A stretch of 49,641 nt of DNA from Stramenopiles sp. TOSAG23-3 (Eukaryota), in assembly GCA_900128585.1 (NCBI GenBank), contig LT642164.1:1-49641 (forward strand), written 5' to 3'. Each line of letters opens with the position of its first letter. Within the stretch, counting starts at the first letter, position 1. The position numbers were made by a program, and so were the translations under genes. Below, piece after piece: positions 31,148-39,197 of the stretch. Under the pieces are notes generated by a model, which saw only the letters and a list, made by a program, of their open reading frames with translations, was not told the origin of the DNA and ran no database searches.

Positions 31148-32044
31148 CTATTGGACGTTACAGCACCCACAACCTTCCGCGATTTGTGTATCTTTGACCT
31201 TCAAGAACACAACTAAAATGTAGCGAACGCCGCTTTTTATACGAATCCCAGAATGCCGTTGCCGCCCTGCGTGGCACAACATTCTTCCTTGGTCTAAACG
31301 GACTTTATTATTGCACGGGGAAAAGGGTTCGCCCAGCAGGGTGCCTCCGCCTGTGTACTCTGTCGGTGAGTTGAGTTGTATGTTGAACGTAAATTCGCTC
31401 CCGTCCATGTGTTCGCCGAGTTCCTTTTGGCCGTCCGAGGCGTTGCAAGAGTATTTGACCACAAAGGCATCGTCGACTGTGATGCGATTTTTTCTAGTTT
31501 TGTAAATAATTGACGCTTGAACTATTAGTTTCTTTAACTCCGCATTTACCTCGGCTTTGACTTTCTCATTTTGCAACACGTCGACCGATAGGTCTGTCGT
31601 CGGGTGAAACGTATGTCTTCTAGTACACCACCCTTCGCTGTTGACCGCTCCATCGTCTAAACATAATATATTTGGAAACCCTGTACAATCTTTCTGCCGG
31701 CTTTTGTTTTTTGCTGCGGTTTCCTCGCACGCGTCTATTAAGCGTTTGCATAGGGTTTTTGAAAACCCTTGCGTTTCGTACAACCTCTGGTTTACGGTTT
31801 TACCTGTGCGTATGTCGAACCAAGCTTTTAAGCTGTGTTTTGGGCGGATAAATATCACTTCTCCTTTCTTCGTTCTCTGGGTTCTTTTCTTTAGGCGCTC
31901 AGAAGCAGACATGTCAGAATGCTTGGAATTCCCTGGATACGACATTACTATGTTAAGTCCTGCCTTACTTCCATGTTTCTTAAAGCGTGTTTGCGTGATC
32001 CCTGACTTCTGCTGTGGGTGAACCACGGTTACCGCATCTTGCAT
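31148..32044 (-). CDS. 2OG-Fe(II) oxygenase (lysyl-hydroxylase/PLOD C-terminal-like) ending in a CaaX box
   Basis: Contains AFVVKY, HMDGSEFTFNIQLN...YTGGGT and RHSG...SGVRYILVVF, and ends GCGCCNVQ*. Start taken at MQDAV (32044) because the in-frame upstream extension is low-complexity. Confidence 0.82.
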   Translation of the reverse strand: MQDAVTVVHPQQKSGITQTRFKKHGSKAGLNIVMSYPGNSKHSDMSASERLKKRTQRTKKGEVIFIRPKHSLKAWFDIRTGKTVNQRLYETQGFSKTLCKRLIDACEETAAKNKSRQKDCTGFPNILCLDDGAVNSEGWCTRRHTFHPTTDLSVDVLQNEKVKAEVNAELKKLIVQASIIYKTRKNRITVDDAFVVKYSCNASDGQKELGEHMDGSEFTFNIQLNSPTEYTGGGTLLGEPFSPCNNKVRLDQGRMLCHAGRQRHSGIRIKSGVRYILVVFLKVKDTQIAEGCGCCNVQ

Positions 32045-32696
32045 CGCACTTGATAGATGCTGGCTTCTGAGAACCGCGTAATTGATGTTCTGCAGGAGAA
32101 CTGTAACGTAGGGTGATGAAAAAATCTTTGGTTTTCTTTTTTCCGCTTTAAAAATAATGTTGTTTTTGTGAATTTGCTTCGAAGCGACTATTTTTTGGAC
32201 TTCGTTATAATATGTTCTCGTCTTTGTTTGACTCGACCATGACGAACCCAAGAGAAGAAGCAAAGGAAAGAAAGAAGGAAGGAAAAATAATGAAGGAAGA
32301 AATAATAATTTCAAAAAAAACATCATCATCAGCAGCAGTTGTTAATAGTAAATAACAAAGAAACAGCATTATTAAAAAAACTATTACTTTACCCCCCGTG
32401 AATAAGCTGGGAGGAAGAAGAATTCATCAGTAATCGCAAAATTCTTGCAATGATGATGCTGTGTTGTGACCGGTGAGAGATTTAATTGTTCTACATTATA
32501 TAGAATGTACAGTATGATTGACTACGACGACGAAGAAAGAGAAAAGAAGAAAGACACGAAAGAAGAAAGTATTCACTAATAAATTTATTATGAGGCCAAG
32601 TGCAAAAAACTTTTTGGAAACATACCTAATGATATGCCTATGTGTTATATGTCCCTATCAAAAATATATTAGAATACAAAACGAGTCTTCTTCTGA

Positions 32697-34442
32697 TTAA
32701 GCCAGTGTCTGTGGGATTTCGATCTGCATTTGCAACTTTCTTTCATCCAAACTGCCGTCATTCGCAGCCATATTTGCAGCGAGAACATTGTGCAGAATGA
32801 AATCCATTGCATTCATGTTTACATGCCCTTCGAACCCTGACAAGTCCAAGTGTCCGCTTAAAATCCAAGAACCGTCTGCGGGAGTTCCGGCGGAGAATGC
32901 GCCGCCTGGACTACAACTTTTGTAATCGAGTAGTGCCCCAATTGCCTCGCGTTTAATGAGAAGGCCTACAATGCCCCCTTCAAAAATAATGTTTCCAAAC
33001 GCCCATGACTTCGTATCTTCGTTTTCGCCTAAGCGTTTTGTTGCAAGTGGAAAATTGAAATTTTTTATGGATTGAATGGTCCTAGCAGGAAGGGTGTCGT
33101 TGACTACAAGTGCCATTGAGAATCCGTCGCCATATGATATTCGGAATGCCTTCATGTAGGTTGTTACGTCTGTGAACATTTTCCGGTCCAAAAAATTAGG
33201 AAACGATATAAAGAACATATCATCGAACACTGCAGTGAAGTGCAAATTTTGTATTATGCTCGATTTGTTGAACCGATTCGGGTCTACAGCGTTCAAAACT
33301 TCAGTGTCCCTTATCATTCCCATCTCAAACATGCTTAAAGCGGCTTGGACCCATTCCACATGCATTGCCTCGTTGCCTGTGTTTATAACGTACAGTTTTG
33401 GGAGCAACCTGGTGAAATGAATGTCTACGTCGTAAAAATTTTCAATAATGAAGGCTCTAGATTCCCTATGAGCTTCTCTGCGGTCAAACTTGATCTGCTC
33501 GTCGTCCCTGTCCGTCATTGTTGATTCGGTATCCTCCGGGTACAAAAACAAAGGACGCGTTGCTAGCAGGGTTTTTCTAAGGTCCTTGGTGGCGCTGTAA
33601 ATGAAGCAATCTGCATGTATGGGTGCATTGCCGTCGATCGCTCTCATCCAACTAAATGTTAATCCGTCAGTTGAGAAATGCTTGTCGGACACGGCTGCCA
33701 CAGATCCACCTGGCCAATACGCGTCCAAAATTGTTTTCATATAATCCCGGCGAATTGCATAGCTCATGGCGCCCCACAATACGCGTCCTCCACAATCGTT
33801 TCGCTTCAATTGTGGTACTCTGACTCTTCGTGCGACTAACTTTCCATTCTCATACTCACGAACCATTTGCATCCTGTCATATCTTGACTCATTCCCCTTG
33901 GTAACCCCGATCCATGAAAGTTGAATTATGCCCCAATTTTTCTCCAACGATCCAGCTTCGACAATCAAATCTTTCAGAGTTTCATTTTTGCCCCAGAACT
34001 TTGAATGTTCGAAAGTTACGTCGTCCTCGAAAATGATTGCAATTTCGCTTCCATCCCTGTACGCCCTCTGAATCGCCTTCAAATGTGACAAGGCGCACGC
34101 GCACTCTTGAGGGGATGGCATGACTCCATCCACCCAGGCCCCTCGGGAATTTGGAAAGGTGACGCTGTTATGACCGCTGACATAAGACACGGAGTGGTTG
34201 GTCGAGAACATTCTATTAAAGTGGCGGCCGTCGAACGCGTTGATTCGAGTATGGTTTGTTACACCATACTGGTCCAACATATTCTCCATTCGGCCCCGAC
34301 GATCATCAGCACGATCAAGATTTATCCAGTATGTCTTAAAAGGAACAATACCATTTTGAACATAAAGCAAATAGCCATGGGAATGTTGCACAAACCCCAA
34401 CAGGAGTGCGAAGGCTGTAATTTTGCAGACTGACTCAAGCAT
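32697..34442 (-). CDS. Glycosyltransferase family 25 protein with signal peptide and a degenerate second GT25-like half
   Basis: Contains YWINLDRADDRRGRM, AFDG, ECACALSHLKAI, IIFEDDV and GAMSYAI. The second half repeats LYVIN, AVD and LLIKREAIGALLD...PGG. Confidence 0.82.
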   Translation of the reverse strand: MLESVCKITAFALLLGFVQHSHGYLLYVQNGIVPFKTYWINLDRADDRRGRMENMLDQYGVTNHTRINAFDGRHFNRMFSTNHSVSYVSGHNSVTFPNSRGAWVDGVMPSPQECACALSHLKAIQRAYRDGSEIAIIFEDDVTFEHSKFWGKNETLKDLIVEAGSLEKNWGIIQLSWIGVTKGNESRYDRMQMVREYENGKLVARRVRVPQLKRNDCGGRVLWGAMSYAIRRDYMKTILDAYWPGGSVAAVSDKHFSTDGLTFSWMRAIDGNAPIHADCFIYSATKDLRKTLLATRPLFLYPEDTESTMTDRDDEQIKFDRREAHRESRAFIIENFYDVDIHFTRLLPKLYVINTGNEAMHVEWVQAALSMFEMGMIRDTEVLNAVDPNRFNKSSIIQNLHFTAVFDDMFFISFPNFLDRKMFTDVTTYMKAFRISYGDGFSMALVVNDTLPARTIQSIKNFNFPLATKRLGENEDTKSWAFGNIIFEGGIVGLLIKREAIGALLDYKSCSPGGAFSAGTPADGSWILSGHLDLSGFEGHVNMNAMDFILHNVLAANMAANDGSLDERKLQMQIEIPQTLA

Positions 34443-34527
34443 CTTTTTAATGTCGCTGTTCGAACAAAATCAATGACAGTCAACCATTTCATAAAAATGA
34501 GGAAAAGTTAGAACATTAGCTGTATAA

Positions 34528-34686
34528 ACTTTGTACCACCACAAGGTCAACATTCTCGACTACTTTAGGCAAATTGATGAAGACGATAGCGGCGAAATTG
34601 ATGTTACAGAACTGGCTCTCTATCTGAAGAAACACAGAGATATTCACATGTTAAAGATAATTATGGATCTTGTTGCCGCGTATTAA
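34528..34686 (+). pseudogene. Orphan EF-hand coding fragment without a start codon
   Basis: Reads TLYHHKVNILDYFRQIDEDDSGEIDVTELALYL...AAY*, with a canonical EF loop. An in-frame TAA lies immediately upstream. Confidence 0.6.
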
Positions 34687-34800
34687 TGGCTGGCATTTTT
34701 AAAAGAAGAAAAAACAGGAATATGCATATATTAATACGTTTTTGGGGAGGATCTGCAATAGGAGGAGATATTGTTCTTGAACTGACACCTTCTTTTATCT

Positions 34801-34958
34801 TTAATTTTAATTACTATTAAAACAACAGCCAATTTTCTTGTTTTTAATTTTATTTTAATTATGATGAGATACTTAAATAACAGCCAATTTTTTATTTTTA
34901 TGATATTACGAAGTAAAAAATATATTTTTAAAAAAACAAGAAATAAAAAGTGAACTGA
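34801..34958. repeat. Dispersed AAACAAGAAAATTGGCTG element copies (34801-34847 -, 34870-34900 -, degenerate + copy ~34928-34958)
   Basis: Direct sequence comparison. Confidence 0.85.
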
Positions 34959-34977
34959 GAGCGTTGTAACTTTTTTC

Positions 34978-37900
34978 CTACCGAAACAAAAACCGCAAGT
35001 CCTCCACAGTTAACTGACTCAGAGCCAATGCACTTGAGTCGACCGTTCCTTCAAACACCAACTGTTTCTTTTCTTGCAGTTCCAGCATTCGTTCTTCTAC
35101 TGTGTTTTCTGTAATGAACCGAATTGCGTGGACTGGATTTGTTTGTCCAATGCGGTGCGCTCGGCTGATGGCCTGCATTTCTACCGCAGGGTTCCACCAT
35201 GGTTCGAGAACGAATACGTGAGTAGCTTCTTGCAAATTTAATCCTTCGCCTCCTGCTCGTAAACTCATCAAAATAACCCTGACTTCTGGGTTCGTTTTGA
35301 ATGCTTTCAATACTGCAGAGCGCTGGGACAGGCTCATCGAACCAACAAGCTTTACTACATTCACGCCCGCATTTTTAAGTCGCCATTCTACAATATCGAT
35401 CATACGATTGTACTGAGAAAAAACTATGGATTTTTCTGCGCCCGCGTATATGTGCTTCAGAAGCGCTTCCACTTTCGTGCTCGTTTGAAACTCGTCCATA
35501 TTCAATTGTTGAACAATGCTTTTTTTACCCAAGAGTAGCTTAGATGGCGATGTTTTTGACTGATCCTTGGAAGTTCCTGTGGCGGTAATAACTTTTCGGA
35601 TAGTTTGTCGACACACGGGGCATGCATTTTTTCTCGCCCGAAATGCAGACGTGCACTCGACACAGGTGTACATATGTCCACAAGGAACCAGAAGTGCATT
35701 GCGTTTTCGATCCATGCATACAATACAAACAGACGGATCGTCGGCTCCACCAGGTGCTGGCGCTGCGGTTTCGTCCATTCCTCCCCGAACTTCTAGCTGT
35801 ACCGTAAGCGGCACAAAGCACACGGGGCATGAAAGTATTGGCTGTGAGGGACTCTTTTTTTTTTGCAGCTTCCTTTTCTTTCCCGAAATTTTTGATGGTG
35901 TCTTATTCTTTTTTTTACCACTCCCATCATCGGGCTCCTGTTCGGCATGCTCATCGGAATATTCTTTCAGGCAAATCCTGTGAAATGTATGGTGACATGC
36001 TGATAATACGCAATCACCGGAATTCTGGATATCGAAGCCACATATACCGCATACGTCAGACATACCCCTGGACTTCGAAGGGATATTTTGCGTTTTGCCT
36101 TGAAACTTACCGTGCACCACCAGGTAAGGGTGGTCTAACGTTTGTCTCAATCGAGACAGCAATTGAAAAATATGTGCGTAGTTGTTCAACAAAACTCCTT
36201 TTTCTACAAATGTGTCAAACTTTGACCTGCTGTTTTTGTAAATACATTCGTAGAAGTCCATCTCAGATTCCGTTAAAGTCAACTTCTCTACGCTCACATG
36301 AAGCGGCGGCAGTTTAATGTCCGACGCCCTTTCTACCTTCGTTCTTCTCAACATCATTTTGTCTAGGACTTCTTTTTTCAACCGAATCATGGCCTTGCGT
36401 CCGTCCCCTATGTAACCGTACCGATTTATTGGGTTCATTATATACTTATTAAAGTAACTGAAGTGCCGCATGGGAGGATGACCGCACCCGGTACACTTTC
36501 TAGACTCTCGTCCGAACTGCCAGTGCAGCGAAATACAAGGGCATCCCTTGACTTGGCAAAAGTAATAGCAGTGGGGAGCAATTTTCAGAAACCGAAGCAG
36601 GGCATACAGCTCGCTGACCCGGTTTTGCAATGGCGTTCCAGTAAGACACCATCGATAGGAAGCATGAAGGGCATACACGGACTTTGCTGTATTGTTAGTT
36701 CGACCTTTTATTTTGTGGGCCTCGTCGAGTATAATCCGCTTCCAAAAGACGCGATGCAGACTAGATTTGCGCAAATTTACGCCATCACGATCAGTCAGCT
36801 CCAACCGGTCGTCGTCCTCGTCCTCAGACGACGACGATGATTCTGAAGAAGACTCCTCGCTCGATTCGCTTTCGGAAGATGAAGACGCTTGCACTTTCTT
36901 CTTCGCGGGTTTTCTTTTTCCCTTCAATTTTTTCTTGCTACTGCTGCGAGCCTTTGTAACTGTACGGCTTCCCTTGCTAGCTTTATGCTCGTCGTCGTCC
37001 AGGTCATCAATATAAAATTTCTGTGATGCAGTGGGCTCCTTTCTTACTTTAGCCGCATCAGATTTTCTTTTCGAAAAATACGGGGACGTTTTCGCAGAAG
37101 CGCGAAGGGGACGTTTTCGTGGCGGAGACAATGCCGTACTGTCGTAATTTGTCGAAGGTGCTGGGTCACCAGAGCCCGACGCGAGCGAATCTTGCAATCG
37201 GGCAACTGAACGGGACACTTTGATTTTCTGAACAGAAACAGCTCTGTTGCTGGGAGAAGCCTTGGGCACCCCCTTTGCTGCCTCGTCGACACTGCTGCAA
37301 GCAGAATGGACTGGTTTCGAGGACTTGTACATCGGTACAGCTTCCCTGTTTGCGTCGTACATCAACTCCTTGTAAATTGCAGATGGTGTTGGCATAGACT
37401 TTTTCCCTTTTTTCCTCGCGGAAGAGGGCTTTTTTTTCTTTGTTATTTTCAATGTGACCTTTGCCTTTTCGATGGCTTCTTTCCTTGTACGTTCTGTTTT
37501 TCTTTGCTTTTTGGTTCTCCTGGCATCAGGGCCACAGAAATACTTTTGATGAAGTATCAGCTTTCTTGGCAAATATAGCTTTGAGCAATATTCGCATGAT
37601 ACCTTTTGCTTGTTTTCCTCCCGCCTGTACTCATACTCCAACACGGCATATGTAGTCAATATGACGTCATATTTCATCAAATCCCGTTTCTTTATGTTTT
37701 TCCTGTTTTGATAGTACATCAAAACCTTTAAGTCGGTACCATTTACTGAACGGATTATTTCCTCGTTCCATTGCATCATGGCAGATGAAGGGCACACCAC
37801 AAGGGTCGGTCCACTCTCGTCAATCTTTGGCATTTGGATTGTAGCAAGAGCTGCTGCATGCTGCGGGTGTTCAGTTTGCAGCGCTGTCTGCTGCGGTTCA

Positions 37901-38706
37901 GTTGGTGCTTCGCTTGCCTTGTACAAGCGCTTTCTGCTCTTTGGAGTAAATGCCTCATCTTCGCAGTCGTCACTACTTTGGCCCTGCGAAACAGGGTCAA
38001 CTTTTTTCTTTTTGCGCCGCTTACTTTTTTTTCGCAGAGGGGTGTGAGGTAATGCTGTTTCAACTGCAGCATCCTTCGTGACCTCTGCTTCTGTCTCTAC
38101 CTTACTATATTCAGATAAGACAACTTGTCGCTCAGCATCCGTTGCAACTATTAATGCGATTGCTTGCAACGTTTTTCCCATTCCCATTTCATCCGCAAGC
38201 ACACCTCCCCTAGCGTCAGAAAGCTCAGATGAGACCATCCAGCCGAAGCCCTCTATTTGGTACTTTAACATACGCAAATTGATTGCGCCTGGCTGAACGA
38301 TACCGTCTGGAACCTGTCGCTTCTTCAAAAAGTCGGGATCGTTGGGGTCTATGGTCTTGATGTGTGCTGGTAAACCAGTTTTGTTTATTTCATCTTGAAG
38401 TAATTTCTGGTCCGAGGGCTTCAAGTTTGCAAGTCCCCACACGTCGTCCTTTACTCGAACCAATTCGTCATCATTATCACGCCTTGTGCAAATCAAATGC
38501 CTCCAAGAATTAATGTACCCATATGTGCCGCCACCCCACTTTACAGGAACGCCGACACGGACAGTATCCTTCTTGATGGCTTCGCTGCAAACCCTGCAAC
38601 GAGCACGGGAAGACTTTGCATATTCAGTAGTGAACCTGTACGGCACTTCATCTTCATCATCAATTGGCTTCCAGTCGCCGTCTTCGTCGACCGTTAGTTC
38701 TGGCAT
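34978..38706 (-). CDS. RAD16: RAD16/RAD5-like SNF2 helicase with an N-terminal PARP-type zinc finger and two RING fingers
   Basis: Contains EYAKSSRARCRVC...WRHLIC (zf-PARP), GGVLADEMGMGKT, ILDEAHKIK, LTGTPLQNRVSELY, SIVFSQY, GGEGLNLQEA and WWNPAVEMQAISRAHRIGQ. The RINGs are CGIC..CHHTFHRIC...CPVC and CIVC..PCGH..CVEC..CPVCR. Start taken at MPELT. Confidence 0.9.
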   Translation of the reverse strand: MPELTVDEDGDWKPIDDEDEVPYRFTTEYAKSSRARCRVCSEAIKKDTVRVGVPVKWGGGTYGYINSWRHLICTRRDNDDELVRVKDDVWGLANLKPSDQKLLQDEINKTGLPAHIKTIDPNDPDFLKKRQVPDGIVQPGAINLRMLKYQIEGFGWMVSSELSDARGGVLADEMGMGKTLQAIALIVATDAERQVVLSEYSKVETEAEVTKDAAVETALPHTPLRKKSKRRKKKKVDPVSQGQSSDDCEDEAFTPKSRKRLYKASEAPTEPQQTALQTEHPQHAAALATIQMPKIDESGPTLVVCPSSAMMQWNEEIIRSVNGTDLKVLMYYQNRKNIKKRDLMKYDVILTTYAVLEYEYRREENKQKVSCEYCSKLYLPRKLILHQKYFCGPDARRTKKQRKTERTRKEAIEKAKVTLKITKKKKPSSARKKGKKSMPTPSAIYKELMYDANREAVPMYKSSKPVHSACSSVDEAAKGVPKASPSNRAVSVQKIKVSRSVARLQDSLASGSGDPAPSTNYDSTALSPPRKRPLRASAKTSPYFSKRKSDAAKVRKEPTASQKFYIDDLDDDEHKASKGSRTVTKARSSSKKKLKGKRKPAKKKVQASSSSESESSEESSSESSSSSEDEDDDRLELTDRDGVNLRKSSLHRVFWKRIILDEAHKIKGRTNNTAKSVYALHASYRWCLTGTPLQNRVSELYALLRFLKIAPHCYYFCQVKGCPCISLHWQFGRESRKCTGCGHPPMRHFSYFNKYIMNPINRYGYIGDGRKAMIRLKKEVLDKMMLRRTKVERASDIKLPPLHVSVEKLTLTESEMDFYECIYKNSRSKFDTFVEKGVLLNNYAHIFQLLSRLRQTLDHPYLVVHGKFQGKTQNIPSKSRGMSDVCGICGFDIQNSGDCVLSACHHTFHRICLKEYSDEHAEQEPDDGSGKKKNKTPSKISGKKRKLQKKKSPSQPILSCPVCFVPLTVQLEVRGGMDETAAPAPGGADDPSVCIVCMDRKRNALLVPCGHMYTCVECTSAFRARKNACPVCRQTIRKVITATGTSKDQSKTSPSKLLLGKKSIVQQLNMDEFQTSTKVEALLKHIYAGAEKSIVFSQYNRMIDIVEWRLKNAGVNVVKLVGSMSLSQRSAVLKAFKTNPEVRVILMSLRAGGEGLNLQEATHVFVLEPWWNPAVEMQAISRAHRIGQTNPVHAIRFITENTVEERMLELQEKKQLVFEGTVDSSALALSQLTVEDLRFLFR

Positions 38707-39197
38707 ATTATGAGTTCGACAGACTTCCAGCAATTTGTAGCAATGGCACTGTATTGTTGGGAAAATTTGATCGCATTCTGCCAAATCTATGTTTCTCGCC
38801 CACGAAAACAAGAAAAGACACCTTGTATTCATCCAATCGATCGGTATACACTTCAACGAATCTTCCTAAAGTATAATTATTTTTTTGTATAAGAGTACTA
38901 CCACACGTTTTTTTCTTCTTCTTTTTTCTTTTTTCCTGTGCTACATTGCTGTTATCTCATTGTTCTTTTACTTCTTCGATTGATATCCAATATGGCGCAA
39001 CAATACAATGGCCGTAATAATAATATCGTCGAATTTCACACGTTTATCCCTACTGTCATCCCGTAATGGCTATTAATAGTATAGAAATAGGAAGAGATTG
39101 AAAACAGCGAAAAATCAGTTTTTTTTATTTATTTTACTCCTGTACACTTTCAAATAATTTTTCAAACTAAAAAACAAATGAATAAAATCTAAACCCT

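Noticed and set aside
32045-32329. Signal-peptide-like N-terminal extension of the oxygenase
   Set aside because: It derives from an AT-rich, TTC-rich upstream tract like those before other genes. It is not accepted without transcript evidence.
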